Shown in pieces: positions 50,743 to 61,051 of a DNA stretch of 64,000 nucleotides. Each line of letters begins with the position of its first letter. Position 1 is the first letter of the stretch. The stretch is taken from positions 8,711-72,710 of the forward strand of contig JANRFH010000016.1 in the NCBI GenBank assembly GCA_030725745.1, read 5' to 3'. The notes beneath the pieces are model-generated. The model saw nothing but the letters and a program-made list of their open reading frames with translations. It was not told the DNA's origin and made no database searches. The DNA comes from Akkermansiaceae bacterium. Lineage in GTDB: Bacteria > Verrucomicrobiota > Verrucomicrobiia > Verrucomicrobiales > Akkermansiaceae. A program made the position numbers and the translations under genes.

Positions 50743-52518
50743 TTATTGGCGGTCGTCCAGCCAACGGGCGTTCACAAAGTAGGCTCCGCGCTCCTTGCTG
50801 GTCTTCTCATCCTTGAGGCCGGTTCTGAGGAGGGTGGGGCTGGCTGGGAGTTCAAGTTCGAAGGTGACGGAGGAGGCGTCGGCGGAAATAATTTTGGTGA
50901 GGTTTTGCTCGCCGATCGAAAGCCGTGCCTCAGAGGCAAGCATGGGTTTCTCCTTATCTTTTGGATGGCGGGAAAGCCGGATTTCATAGCGTCCGGAACG
51001 TGTCACATCGATTGCCCAGAAGCCATTGATGAAGAGATTGTCATCTGAGAGCTGTGATGGATGCCAAATGACGCTGCCTTGTTCCGGGTGCCAATCACGG
51101 ATGGTGAATTGAGTTGGGTTTTCTTCGGGAGCGCCGATGACAAAACGGGTGTAGTCCTTATGATCGGTGATGACTTCGTCATACCACGTGCCATGCGCGA
51201 CGATCAGGCTCTTGACCACTTCGGGGTGTAGGTCTGCGATGTTTTGCGTCTGCTCAGGATCCGCCTTGATGTCATAAAGCTCGCCATTCACGAGCCGCCA
51301 GCGGTCAGTTAGAACCGCCATTTGTGGGAGGAAGTTGGGGTTGGTGGACGGGGCATTCCACTTCTTCAGCTCGTCAGCCTGCCGCTCGACGAAGATCGTG
51401 CGATCTGTCCATGTGGGCGAATCTCCCTCCAGCAGTGGTTTGATACTGCGACCGTCGAGTTTGACGTTTTCCGGCGCCTTCAATCCGCAAAGATCAATTA
51501 GGGTGGGGAGCCAGTCGATGTGGGCGGTGAGTCCATTCACTTGCTTGCCTGCCTCGAAATGCTGCGGCCAGCGGACGAAGCAGGCGACTCGGTGACCACC
51601 GTCGTAGATCGAGCCTTTGTTTCCACGCATCTCGGCATTGAAGCCGGGTTTGTAGTCCGGTTCTCTGGGGACTCCCTCGGCGGTGCCATTGTCACTCATG
51701 AAGATGAGGATGGTGTTGTATTCCTGTTTCGAGTCATGGAGGACGGACATCAGGCGACCTAGGTTTTCATCGAAGTTCGTGATCATGCCAAAGAATTTGG
51801 CGCGGTTTTCCGGGTGACCCATGGCGCGGAAGGGCGCTGAGTAACGCTCTGCCACGGTGAAGGGGCTGTGCATCGCGTTGGTGGGGAGATAGATGAAAAA
51901 TGGTTTAGCGTCTGCCGTCTGGTCGTATTTTCGAATGTAGTTCAGTGTTTCATCGAACCACACATCGGTGCAGTAACCTTTGAACTTCTCTGGCTTGCCG
52001 TTGCGGAAATACGTGTCGTCGAAGTAGTCGTTTCCGGTGGGGTTTCCGATTTCGTCCACACCGCCAGCGAGGTGGCATACAGTTTCTTGAAAACCACGAT
52101 ATTGCGGTGCGTAGGGCCATGGGTCGCCCAAATGCCATTTGCCGAACATAGCGGTCTGATAGCCGGAGGCGGCGAAAACATCGGCCATAGTCACTTCATC
52201 GCGATGAAGCAGTTGTCTTCCCTGAGTCACTGACCATGCGCCGGTGCGGAGGCTGTAGTGTCCTGTTAGTAGTGCTGCGCGTGTGGGGGTGCAGAACGGG
52301 TCGACATGATAGTTCTCCAGGCAAACGCTTTGTGAGTGGAGCTTGTCGAGATTGGGAGTTTTGAGCCACGGGTTTCCATGGCATGCCATGTCGCCATAGC
52401 CCTGGTCATCCGTGACAATAAGGATGACGTTGGGTCGGCTGCCGCTTTCAGCCGCCATGCAATTCCCGTTTTTGGCAATGATCGCTGCTGCAAGTAGCGG
52501 TATGAGTAAGCGGTTCAT
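50743..52518 (-). CDS. Sulfatase (S1 family, Cys-type formylglycine) with a C-terminal extra domain
   Basis: PNVILIVTDDQGYGD and CTPTRAALLTG are present in a 591-aa ORF with a signal peptide. Confidence 0.9.
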   Translation of the reverse strand: MNRLLIPLLAAAIIAKNGNCMAAESGSRPNVILIVTDDQGYGDMACHGNPWLKTPNLDKLHSQSVCLENYHVDPFCTPTRAALLTGHYSLRTGAWSVTQGRQLLHRDEVTMADVFAASGYQTAMFGKWHLGDPWPYAPQYRGFQETVCHLAGGVDEIGNPTGNDYFDDTYFRNGKPEKFKGYCTDVWFDETLNYIRKYDQTADAKPFFIYLPTNAMHSPFTVAERYSAPFRAMGHPENRAKFFGMITNFDENLGRLMSVLHDSKQEYNTILIFMSDNGTAEGVPREPDYKPGFNAEMRGNKGSIYDGGHRVACFVRWPQHFEAGKQVNGLTAHIDWLPTLIDLCGLKAPENVKLDGRSIKPLLEGDSPTWTDRTIFVERQADELKKWNAPSTNPNFLPQMAVLTDRWRLVNGELYDIKADPEQTQNIADLHPEVVKSLIVAHGTWYDEVITDHKDYTRFVIGAPEENPTQFTIRDWHPEQGSVIWHPSQLSDDNLFINGFWAIDVTRSGRYEIRLSRHPKDKEKPMLASEARLSIGEQNLTKIISADASSVTFELELPASPTLLRTGLKDEKTSKERGAYFVNARWLDDRQ

Positions 52519-52592
52519 TCCAAAGTTGGGTTTTGCGTGATTCGAAATATCGCCGGAGCGATGCGCGCGATTGCGATACCTGAAACCGATGT

Positions 52593-53747
52593 TCAGATAG
52601 CCTGCGCCACCGAAACACCGTCATCCTCGTATTGCGAGAGTTCGACTGGAGGCATGTGTTTTATCTGATACGGGCGTAGCTTTTCCCAATCGAACTCGAC
52701 ACCGATTCCGGGCGTGTCGGGAGCGACGGCGAGGCCGTTCTCGATCACGAGAGGCCGCGTGGTGTAGCGGTCGATGGGGAAACTGTGGATCTCCAGCCAA
52801 CCACCGTGTTCCTGTGAGGAAACCAGGCTGACATGGAGTTCCTGCATGCCGTGGGAGCAAACCGGAACGTTGTGCTGCTTGGCTAGTTCTGCGACCTTGA
52901 GCCAGCCGCTGATGCCGCAACAGTTCGAGGCATCTGGCTGGATAAACGAGAGTTTCGATTGATCGAATGCATAGCCGAACTCATGGATGGTATGCAGGTT
53001 TTCGCCCATGGCGACAGGGACTCCGGTGGCCTCGGTGATGCGGGCATAACCCTGATAGTCGTCCGGGAGGGTGGGCTCTTCGAACCACAGGATGTCATAC
53101 TTCTTGAACGCGTTCGCGAGTTCGATGGCCTGCTCGACGGTGAGAGAGTAGTTAGCATCAACCATGAAGGTGGCGTCTAGGCCGATGAGTTCACGCACGG
53201 CGCGGATGCGCTCGATGTCTTCCGCTGGATTCGGCCTACCTATCTTAATTTTTACCGCGTTGACGCCAGTGGCGAGGTAGCCGCGGATGTTGTTGAGCAG
53301 TTTTTCTAAAGGAAACAGTAAGTCGATACCGCCGTGGTAGGCTTTGCAGGTGTTACTGGCACCGCCAGCGAGTTTCCAGAGTGGTTTTCCGGCGCGTTTG
53401 CAGCGTATATCCCAGAGGGCGATGTCGATGGCGGATGCGGCGAAGGAGGCGATGCCGCCACGACCGACGTAGTGGACATGCCATTCGAGTTCGTCCGCGA
53501 TTTCCGCTACGCGTGTGCCGTCTTTTCCTATCAGGACGGGAGCCATGTCATGCTCGATCATGGCGAGAATGGAATGCCCGCCCTTGCCGCCGGTGTAGGT
53601 ATATCCGGTGCCCTGGCTGCCATCAGAGAGCGTGATGGTGACGGTGACGAGTTGGAAATGGGTGTGGTCGCCGTGTTTGGCGTCGGCCATTACTTCGGGC
53701 AGTGGGACGGCAAAGAGTCGCGTGTCGATGCTGGTGATTTGGTTCAT
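52593..53747 (-). CDS. Enolase-superfamily (MR/MLE) enzyme, candidate 3,6-anhydro-L-galactonate cycloisomerase
   Basis: The enolase-superfamily metal-ligand blocks are [13 protein letters not shown] and MGENL. It is translationally coupled (ATGA) to the upstream aldehyde dehydrogenase gene. Confidence 0.75.
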   Translation of the reverse strand: MNQITSIDTRLFAVPLPEVMADAKHGDHTHFQLVTVTITLSDGSQGTGYTYTGGKGGHSILAMIEHDMAPVLIGKDGTRVAEIADELEWHVHYVGRGGIASFAASAIDIALWDIRCKRAGKPLWKLAGGASNTCKAYHGGIDLLFPLEKLLNNIRGYLATGVNAVKIKIGRPNPAEDIERIRAVRELIGLDATFMVDANYSLTVEQAIELANAFKKYDILWFEEPTLPDDYQGYARITEATGVPVAMGENLHTIHEFGYAFDQSKLSFIQPDASNCCGISGWLKVAELAKQHNVPVCSHGMQELHVSLVSSQEHGGWLEIHSFPIDRYTTRPLVIENGLAVAPDTPGIGVEFDWEKLRPYQIKHMPPVELSQYEDDGVSVAQAI

Positions 53748-55216
53748 GAAAAATTGACGTAAAAGGTTTTCTTCTCGAGGTAGTTATCCATTCCGTATTT
53801 GCCGTCCTCTCCGCCAGTGCCGCTGAGTTTGTGGCCGTTGTGGAAACCTTGGCGCTGCTCGCCCATGGGGCGGTTCACGTAGATCTCGCCGAACTCGAGT
53901 TCGAGCACGGCGCGCTGGATGAGGCGCATGTCGTTGGTGAAAAGGAATGCGGCGAGGCCGTAGTCGCTATCATTGGCAAGCTCAAGAGCCTGCTCGAAGC
54001 TGGAGACTTTCATGATCGGGCTGACCACGCCGAAGACTTCATCGCGCATGATGGCCATGTCATTGGTGCACTCAGTTAGGATGGTTGGCTCATACCAATG
54101 GCCTTTTTCAAACTCAGAGCCAGTCGGGCGTTTTCCGCCGATTACGAGATTCGCGCCTTGGGCTACGGCGTTGTTGACCATTTTTTCCAACTGTTCGGTT
54201 TCGTAGGCGTTGACCTTGGGGCCGATGTGGGTGTCGGGCAGCATAGGGTCGCCAATTTTCAGTTTAGAAACTGCGTCGGTATATTTACTGAGGAACTCGT
54301 CATAGACCTGTTCGTGTATGTAGAAACGCTCCGGGCAGGTGCAGACTTGGCCGCTGTTAAGGTGGCGTGAGTCGACGGCGGCCTGCACGGCTTTATCAAC
54401 GTTGCCGTCTTCGAGCAGTATGAATGGTGCTTTGCCACCGAGTTCGAGACGAACGGCGGTGAGGTTTGCAGCGGCCTTGCGGAAAATTTCCTGACCGGTG
54501 GCGGTGCTGCCGGTCATGGTTACGAGGCGGGTAAGTTTGTTGGTCACAAGCTCTTCACCCATGGTGGAACCACCGCCGGTGACGAGGTTGAGCACACCTT
54601 TCGGGATGCCGGCTTCTGCGGCGAGGCGACCGAGTTCCATGACGGCGACGGGTGTGACGGATGGTGGCTTGACGACCATCACGTTGCCTGTTGTTAGGCA
54701 GGGGCCGATTTTCCGGCAGGAGAGGGCGAGAGGGAAATTCCACGCGGCGATGCCGACGCAGACACCGTAGGGCACCTTGTGGATCCAGATGTGTTCGTTG
54801 GGAGTATCGGAGGGCAGGAGGTCGCCTTCGATTCGGCGCGCTGCCTGGGCGGGGAAGTTGATGAAATCTGCGGAGACATCGACTTCACCGAGGGCGAGCG
54901 CGTAAGTCTTGCCCATTTCCATGGTGAGGATGCGGGCGAGGTGCTCGCGGTTTTCTCGGATCTTGTCAGCGAAGCGGGCGAGGATGGTGCCGCGCTCGAC
55001 GGCGGGCATGGCGGCCCATGCAGGCTGGGCGGCTTTGGCGGACTGGAGGGCGAGATTTGCATCCTCAATATTTCCGTTAGGCACGGTGTAGAGAAGCTCC
55101 TCGTTGGTGGGGCTGTGGACGTCGATGGTTTTTCCGGAGACGGATTCCACATATTCGCCGTTGATGAACATGCGGTGGTGATCCACGCCGTTTTTGGTTT
55201 CCTTGCTAGGGGTCAT
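53744..55216 (-). CDS. NAD(P)+ aldehyde dehydrogenase, candidate 3,6-anhydro-L-galactose dehydrogenase
   Basis: The ALDH motifs are ELGGKAP and catalytic Cys [10 protein letters not shown], with FTGSTATG-like MTGSTATG. The ORF is 490 aa. Confidence 0.8.
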   Translation of the reverse strand: MTPSKETKNGVDHHRMFINGEYVESVSGKTIDVHSPTNEELLYTVPNGNIEDANLALQSAKAAQPAWAAMPAVERGTILARFADKIRENREHLARILTMEMGKTYALALGEVDVSADFINFPAQAARRIEGDLLPSDTPNEHIWIHKVPYGVCVGIAAWNFPLALSCRKIGPCLTTGNVMVVKPPSVTPVAVMELGRLAAEAGIPKGVLNLVTGGGSTMGEELVTNKLTRLVTMTGSTATGQEIFRKAAANLTAVRLELGGKAPFILLEDGNVDKAVQAAVDSRHLNSGQVCTCPERFYIHEQVYDEFLSKYTDAVSKLKIGDPMLPDTHIGPKVNAYETEQLEKMVNNAVAQGANLVIGGKRPTGSEFEKGHWYEPTILTECTNDMAIMRDEVFGVVSPIMKVSSFEQALELANDSDYGLAAFLFTNDMRLIQRAVLELEFGEIYVNRPMGEQRQGFHNGHKLSGTGGEDGKYGMDNYLEKKTFYVNFS

Positions 55217-55237
55217 GATAATTTTTTGGGTAATGGT

Positions 55238-56008
55238 TTAACGCCCCATCCAGCCGCCATCGACGAGGAGAACTGCGCCGTGGACGTAGTTTGATGCTTG
55301 GGAGGCGAGGAAAACGATAGGGCCTTTGAAGTCCTCGGGTTCACCCCAACGACCGGCGGGTATGCGGGAGAGGATAGAGGTGGCGCGGTCAGGATCGTTG
55401 CGGAGAGCCTCGGTGTTATCGGTGGAGATATAACCGGGTGCGATGGCGTTGACGTTCACGCCTTTGCCTGCCCACTCGTTGGAGAGAGCCATGGTGAGTT
55501 GGCCGATGCCGCCTTTGCTGGCTGCGTAGCCGGGGACGGTGATGCCGCCTTGGAACGTTAGAAGTGAGGCGGTGAAGATGATTTTTCCGCTGCCGCGTGC
55601 GATCATTTCCTTTCCGAACTCGCGGGAGAGGATGAACTGCGAGTTGAGGTTTACTTCCATGACCTTGTCCCAGTATTCGTCCGTGTGTTCGGCGGCTGGG
55701 GCTCGGAGGATGGTGCCTGCGTTGTTGACGAGGATGTCGATGACAGGGTGGTCGGCTTTCGCTTGCTTGATGAATGTGTGGAGAGCTTCGCGATCGGCGA
55801 AGTCGCATTGATAGGCTTGGAACGAACGGCCTAAAGCGGTGACTTCCTTTTCGACGGCGCTGTCCTTGAGTTCAAGCGAGGCAGAGACACCGATGATATC
55901 AGCGCCGGCTTCGGCGAGGGCGACGGCCATGGCTTTGCCGATGCCGCGTTTGCAACCGGTGACCAGGGCTGTTTTTCCAGCGAGATTAAATGAATTGAGA
56001 ATGCTCAT
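55238..56008 (-). CDS. SDR oxidoreductase, KduD-like (2-dehydro-3-deoxy-D-gluconate 5-dehydrogenase type)
   Basis: The N-terminus, FNLAGKTALVTGCKRGIGKAMAVALAEAGADIIGVS, parallels E. coli KduD. NNAG and YAASKGG are also present. Confidence 0.8.
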   Translation of the reverse strand: MSILNSFNLAGKTALVTGCKRGIGKAMAVALAEAGADIIGVSASLELKDSAVEKEVTALGRSFQAYQCDFADREALHTFIKQAKADHPVIDILVNNAGTILRAPAAEHTDEYWDKVMEVNLNSQFILSREFGKEMIARGSGKIIFTASLLTFQGGITVPGYAASKGGIGQLTMALSNEWAGKGVNVNAIAPGYISTDNTEALRNDPDRATSILSRIPAGRWGEPEDFKGPIVFLASQASNYVHGAVLLVDGGWMGR

Positions 56009-56009
56009 G

Positions 56010-57035
56010 CTAGGCTGGGGTGGGGGAGCACTGAAGGATGTATTTCATGCCTTCGGGGTTGGCATCTATGGTTTCGAAAACGTTTTGGATTTCATCCAAC
56101 GGGGAAACCTTGGTGATGAGTGGCTCGGCGGGAACGCGTCCGGTGGCGAGCAGTTCGATGGCCTCATCGTAATCGCAGGGTTCGTAGAGGCGGGTGCCGA
56201 TGAGCTGGAGTTCGCGCCAGAAAAATTTAAAGAGGTTGATGGGCTGTGGCTGCGGGTGGATAGCCACCATGACGATGCGGCCACGGGCACGGGGTAGGTC
56301 GGTCATGGTTTCCACTGCTTTGGCAGCTCCGGAGACCTCGAAAACAACATCAGCCATTGCGCCGCCTGACCATTTGGTAACAAATTCCAGAAGGTCTTCC
56401 TTGGCGGGGTTCACGGCGTCGATACCGAGTTTTTTTGTGAACTCGACGCGGTTGGTGTTGACCTCAGAGACGAGGACTTTGGCTCCCTTGTCCTTGGCGA
56501 CGAGGGCGATGAGCGTGCCGATGGGGCCGCCGCCGATGACGATGACATGCTCGCCAGCTTTGACTTCTCCGAGGCGGACGTCGTGACAAGCAACGGCGGT
56601 AGGTTCCACGAGCGCACCGTGAAGCAGTGACATGTCTGCGGGAAGCTTGTGCAGGGCGTAGGCGGGAACTGTCCAGGATTCCTGCATGCCGCCGGGGCTA
56701 TCGAGGCCGATGAACTTGAGGTTTTTCCCAACGTGAGCCCATTCCTTGTCCGATGGATCGACCTCGCCGAAACGCAGCGGTCTAACAGCGACCGCATCGC
56801 CAAGGGCAAGGCCGGTAACGCCTTCTCCAATTTCCGCGACGGTGGCGGAGACTTCGTGGCCGATGGTGACCGGCGGTTTCACACGGGCATCCATGCTGCC
56901 GTGATAAACGTGGAGATCGGTGCCGCAGACGCCGCAGTAGGCGACGTCGAGGCGGACTTCTCCGGAGCCGGGTTTCAGGGACTGACCCTGACCGATGGTG
57001 AACTGTTTGTTTCCTTGATAGATGGCGGTCTTCAT
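56010..57035 (-). CDS. Zn-dependent MDR dehydrogenase, candidate 2-keto-3-deoxy-L-galactonate 5-dehydrogenase
   Basis: CGVCGTDLHVYHG...GHEVSATVAEIGEGV and the GGGPIG Rossmann motif are present. The gene starts 1 nt from the SDR gene. Confidence 0.7.
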   Translation of the reverse strand: MKTAIYQGNKQFTIGQGQSLKPGSGEVRLDVAYCGVCGTDLHVYHGSMDARVKPPVTIGHEVSATVAEIGEGVTGLALGDAVAVRPLRFGEVDPSDKEWAHVGKNLKFIGLDSPGGMQESWTVPAYALHKLPADMSLLHGALVEPTAVACHDVRLGEVKAGEHVIVIGGGPIGTLIALVAKDKGAKVLVSEVNTNRVEFTKKLGIDAVNPAKEDLLEFVTKWSGGAMADVVFEVSGAAKAVETMTDLPRARGRIVMVAIHPQPQPINLFKFFWRELQLIGTRLYEPCDYDEAIELLATGRVPAEPLITKVSPLDEIQNVFETIDANPEGMKYILQCSPTPA

Positions 57036-58090
57036 ACGGTTTTGGAATTCCAGCTGAGGCGGTAAACGGTGGTATCGTCGTAGGCTTGGCCTGCGTCGAT
57101 GGTGCTGTTGGGAGAGCCGGGGATGTTGGGGCCGTTCGGGTATTTCGAGGTTTCCACGCAGAGGCCGCGGAACTGGCCGAAGCGGTCGCCGTTTTCACGG
57201 TGGAGGGAGTCGGAGGTGTAGCGTCCGGTGTAAAACAGGGTGCCGGGCTCGGTGGTGAGAACCTCCAGACGGCGTCCGCTGGCGGGGTGGTTGATTTCAC
57301 AGACTTTTTCCAGGCTGCCGTCCTGTTTGGTGAAGGCGTAGTAATGCTCGAAGCCAAGGGGCATTTCATCGAAAGCACCGGCCAAAAGCTTGGGTTGGTT
57401 GAAATCGCAGACGGTTCCGGCGATCGGGGACTCCTTGCCGACGGGAACATTGGTTTCGTCCGGATCGAGCACGCGGTCAGCGGAAAGCTGGACGACGTGG
57501 TCTAACACGGTGTCTTGGAATCCGTTGAGATTGAAATAGGTGTGATTGGTGAGAGAGACCGGGGTGGAGTGGTCGGACTCGGAGCGGTAGCGGATCCTGA
57601 GCTCGTTATCGTTGTTGAGCCGGTATTCCACGGTCACGGCGAGGGTGCCAGGGTAGCCTTCGTCACCGGCGGGGCTGACGAGTTTCAGGAGCAGGATGCA
57701 ATCCTTGTGATCCACGACGGCAGCGTCCCAGATGCATTTGTCAAAGCCCTTGATGCCACCATGCAGGTGGTTCGGGCCGTCATTGGTGGCGAGCTGATAG
57801 GTTTTTCCGTCAATTGCGAAGCGACCGTCCTTGATTCGTGCGGCGTAGCGGCCGACGAGGCAGCCGAAGTAAGGCGAGTTCGCCTTGTATTCATCGCTGA
57901 AGTAGCCGTCTAGCGTGTCGAATCCACAGACGATGTCGGATTTGTTTCCATGGGCGTCGGGGATCACGATGGAGGTGACGATGCCACCGTAGTTGGTGAT
58001 TTTTACGGTCATGCCGTTGTCGTTCTCCATGGTGAAGAGCGAGACGTCACGACCTTCGTGGGTGCCGAAAGGGGTTTGAGTTGTTTTCAT
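57032..58090 (-). CDS. galM: Aldose 1-epimerase (galactose mutarotase)
   Basis: NHLHGGIKGFD and typical mutarotase blocks are present in a 352-aa ORF. ATGA overlaps occur at both ends. Confidence 0.85.
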   Translation of the reverse strand: MKTTQTPFGTHEGRDVSLFTMENDNGMTVKITNYGGIVTSIVIPDAHGNKSDIVCGFDTLDGYFSDEYKANSPYFGCLVGRYAARIKDGRFAIDGKTYQLATNDGPNHLHGGIKGFDKCIWDAAVVDHKDCILLLKLVSPAGDEGYPGTLAVTVEYRLNNDNELRIRYRSESDHSTPVSLTNHTYFNLNGFQDTVLDHVVQLSADRVLDPDETNVPVGKESPIAGTVCDFNQPKLLAGAFDEMPLGFEHYYAFTKQDGSLEKVCEINHPASGRRLEVLTTEPGTLFYTGRYTSDSLHRENGDRFGQFRGLCVETSKYPNGPNIPGSPNSTIDAGQAYDDTTVYRLSWNSKTV

Positions 58091-59175
58091 GGGTTTGTCG
58101 GATTGGAGGTGACGGCTGGGGCGCTAGCGTCTTTTTTGAACTGGATGTATTGGGAGGTGGTGAGGATTCCCACGCCGATGACCATGGAGGCGAGGCCTGC
58201 GTAGAGCGCCTGTTTCGCTTTGGGCGAGGCATCGATCCATTCCTTGGTGACGATGCCGCTGACTACGGCGACGACGAGGCAGGTGGTGTTGAAGATGGCG
58301 TAGACGACGACGGGGCCTAGCTCGAACAGGCTGGCTCCATATCCATATCCGACGGACGCAGCGTAGTGGAAAAACGCCATGATGAAGATGAGGATGAAGT
58401 TTACCCCGAAGCTGGGAGTCTTGAACGAGCCCCACGCCTTTTTCGAAGTGATCTGCCAGCCGAAATAGCCGGCCATGATGACTCCGCCGCTGAGAAATAC
58501 GACGAGCATGACCGCTAGGGAAACCATCCATGCGGGATTCCCAGCAGCTGCGGTGGCCGCCCCGAGTGGTGCGCCACCGACGGTGAATGCGACGTTGAAT
58601 CCGGTGGCAAGTAGGCCGCCAACGATGGCGATGAGGATGCCCGCCGCCATCGACTTGCCGCCTGATGGAGTATCGGTTTCCTTGCGTTTCCCTGCCTCGT
58701 CGCGTTCGCGGATCAGTCCGGCCTTGCCGTTGAATATGACACCGCCGAGCACGACGACGATGCCCAATAGAATGAGGGCGAGAACCGCGGTTTCAGGTAG
58801 TCCTTTTCCCTGATAGAGACCTATCCCGATTGGAAGGACAGAGCCTACGAAGATTACCGTTCCGATGAAGAGGGAGAATCCGAGCGAGAGTCCGATGTGA
58901 TGGATGGCCTTGCCCCACATCATGACACCGATGCCCCAGAGGACGGAGGAAACGATCATTACGGGAAGGACAGCTTTGACCGCCGGATCCGAATAGATCT
59001 GGCCGGTTCCCTTGAGTAGAGTCACCGTGGCGAGCAATGGCACAGCGAACATGGTGAGCATGAAAAACAGTCCCCAGGTGTTTTCCTCCTTGAAGTCCTT
59101 GGTGAATTTGCCGGGGAGGGCGTAGAGGCCGAGCATGAGGCCGGCGACGAGCGCCCAGATGATTCCGATAGTCAT
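58087..59175 (-). CDS. RhaT-like (L-rhamnose/H+ symporter family, DMT superfamily) sugar transporter
   Basis: The 362-aa protein has about 10 TM segments with a central charged loop (RERDEAGKRKETD). The two-halves architecture is like RhaT. The family assignment is from recollection. Confidence 0.6.
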   Translation of the reverse strand: MTIGIIWALVAGLMLGLYALPGKFTKDFKEENTWGLFFMLTMFAVPLLATVTLLKGTGQIYSDPAVKAVLPVMIVSSVLWGIGVMMWGKAIHHIGLSLGFSLFIGTVIFVGSVLPIGIGLYQGKGLPETAVLALILLGIVVVLGGVIFNGKAGLIRERDEAGKRKETDTPSGGKSMAAGILIAIVGGLLATGFNVAFTVGGAPLGAATAAAGNPAWMVSLAVMLVVFLSGGVIMAGYFGWQITSKKAWGSFKTPSFGVNFILIFIMAFFHYAASVGYGYGASLFELGPVVVYAIFNTTCLVVAVVSGIVTKEWIDASPKAKQALYAGLASMVIGVGILTTSQYIQFKKDASAPAVTSNPTNP

Positions 59176-59196
59176 GGGTTTTGGTGGTTGTGTGGT

Positions 59197-59796
59197 TTAG
59201 CTGATGTTTTTTGTGAGAAGTCTTGAGGCGAGGTTGTGGTCTTTGATCTGGATCGCGTTGGCGATCGCCTCGTGCTCGCGGAAACTATCCATCCATTTGT
59301 CGTGACGGCTGTAGTGGATCATCATTCTGGAAATGACAGGCAGCCAAAGCGTGGGGAGCTCGTTTTCGCCCGTGGCGGATATGATGAAACGGTGAAAGGC
59401 CATGTCGCACTGAGCAACGGAGCTTGCCACCTCCGTGGAGCAAGCGTGCCGCAGGTCATCCAGGATTCCCTGAAGTGGCGAGAGGTCGACGTCATCAATC
59501 CGGTCGAACAGCCGATCGAGGGCGGTTATCTCAATCTCGCGGCGAAGCCGGACGATGAGCGGTTGGATTGTTTGATCCGGTAGGGGAGCGACTTTTACCC
59601 CGCAGTTTGGTTTGGCAACGAGCAGTCCTTCGTTGGTTAACTGAAGAAGCGCGTCGCGAACCGGCGCACGGCTCACGCCATAGCGTTTTGCCAGAGTGAC
59701 CTCACGGAGGTTTTCTCCGGCTGCCAAATGCTGCGAAAGCACCTCGGAACGGAGTCGTTCTGTGATTTGCTCTCGGATGGTGCGGTAGATCGGCAT
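59197..59796 (-). CDS. GntR-family regulator (FadR/FCD subfamily), paralogue 1
   Basis: The wHTH is LREVTLAKRYGVSRAPVRDALLQLTNEGLLV and the effector domain is all-helical. The start is trimmed to MPIYRTIREQ (59794-59796). The gene lies 21 bp upstream of the RhaT-like gene, on the same strand. Confidence 0.85.
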   Translation of the reverse strand: MPIYRTIREQITERLRSEVLSQHLAAGENLREVTLAKRYGVSRAPVRDALLQLTNEGLLVAKPNCGVKVAPLPDQTIQPLIVRLRREIEITALDRLFDRIDDVDLSPLQGILDDLRHACSTEVASSVAQCDMAFHRFIISATGENELPTLWLPVISRMMIHYSRHDKWMDSFREHEAIANAIQIKDHNLASRLLTKNIS

Positions 59797-59830
59797 GGTA
59801 GACGGAGATTGGGAAATGGCCGGGTCATAG

Positions 59831-59840
59831 TTGTCGACAA
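59831..59840. promoter_or_regulatory. Candidate GntR operator TTGTCGACAA (perfect 10-bp palindrome)
   Basis: It lies about 35 bp upstream of the GntR paralogue 1 start, at the head of the ~18-kb minus-strand operon. It fits the GntR-family T-GT-N-AC-A half-site logic. Confidence 0.5.
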
Positions 59841-60141
59841 AAAACAAAAAGATCAATGGGAAAATTCGTTTGAGTGGAATTGGATGATGATCCTAGGGAG
59901 TTTGGAACCGCGTATGGACACGAATTTTCCATGCGGATAGTTGCTCGCGGGGGAGCTATTCTCTAGAACGGAAACTGAATGAATCCCTAGTAATTCGGGG
60001 AATACGGCCTATTTGGATATACGAGCGTTGAATGAATCGAATTCACAACATGCGGTGTCTTCTGTTTGTTCGTCGTTCGAAATTCTCTTGAAATTTCTGC
60101 TTGCGGTGAAATATATTTTGTTGTTAATTGCTGATCCGATC

Positions 60142-60149
60142 TGTATACA
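60142..60149. promoter_or_regulatory. Candidate GntR operator TGTATACA
   Basis: This perfect 8-bp palindrome ends 12 bp upstream of the prepilin-like gene start (60162). Confidence 0.4.
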
Positions 60150-60161
60150 ATCATCAATTCT

Positions 60162-60962
60162 ATGAAAAACCCAAATAAACTATCCGGAATGACACTTCTG
60201 GAACTCCTCATTGTAGTGGTAATTATCGCCGTATTGGCGTCGCTAGGCTTCCTTGGTATAAGCAAGGGAATTCAGAGTGCGAAAGCGGCGCGAACAACGG
60301 ACAACCTGCGACAACTCGGCAACGGGATCCGGGGAGTCATGACGGAAGGAGTTTCCACAGGACATACCCCGCCTGGGATGTTTCCTCCTTACGGAGGGCG
60401 CTTTTCTGGAGAAGGCAACGGATCCGGGGAGTTCACATGGATCAGCTTGGTTGCGGAATACCTGGGTGTGGGAAATAACAATCCCAGTGATTTCAATGAC
60501 AAGCCGGTATTCACTACCGATCCTTCCACTACGGTGTTTCAGAATCCACTCTCGAACAACAAGATGGGAGAGGGTCAATCACTACCGATGGCGATCAAAG
60601 CAAATCAACCTGAGATGAGTGGCAGCTTTCTCTACAATGCTTATATCGGTTCCTATGAGACCTCCGGCAACGCGAATTCCGCGACAGGCGACGGACGTAA
60701 GCCCCGTCTGCGCAACGATGGCAACATTCCAAGACCCGATATCACGATACTACTAACGGAGGCAAATGACGAGAATCTTTCCGCATCCGTGTGGACTGGA
60801 TGGGCGGGAACCAGAAGCAAAGGGAATTACCGTGATTCGTGCCACTGTCTGATGGTGGACGGGCATGTGGAATTGATTCCAAACAGTATTTTTTCAGACA
60901 GTGCCGGAGCGGCCTATTATTTTCAAATCACCAAGCCGAACAAGCCCTCAAGCGTCCGTTGA
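60162..60962 (+). CDS. Prepilin-type N-terminal cleavage/methylation domain protein (pseudopilin-like, PVC DUF1559-like tail)
   Basis: The N-terminus, KLSGMTLLELLIVVVIIAVLASL, matches the G/FTLxE pilin signal. The C-terminal CLMVDGHVELIP resembles the conserved DG-S/H-V tail of PVC pseudopilin-like proteins. Confidence 0.8.
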   Translation: MKNPNKLSGMTLLELLIVVVIIAVLASLGFLGISKGIQSAKAARTTDNLRQLGNGIRGVMTEGVSTGHTPPGMFPPYGGRFSGEGNGSGEFTWISLVAEYLGVGNNNPSDFNDKPVFTTDPSTTVFQNPLSNNKMGEGQSLPMAIKANQPEMSGSFLYNAYIGSYETSGNANSATGDGRKPRLRNDGNIPRPDITILLTEANDENLSASVWTGWAGTRSKGNYRDSCHCLMVDGHVELIPNSIFSDSAGAAYYFQITKPNKPSSVR

Positions 60963-61051
60963 TAGTGACGGGCGGCCAAGATTCTTGACCAGGAACCGTA
61001 AGGAAAATTCGATGTCAGCAACATCCGGTAGATGCATCCGGATCGGAGCTG

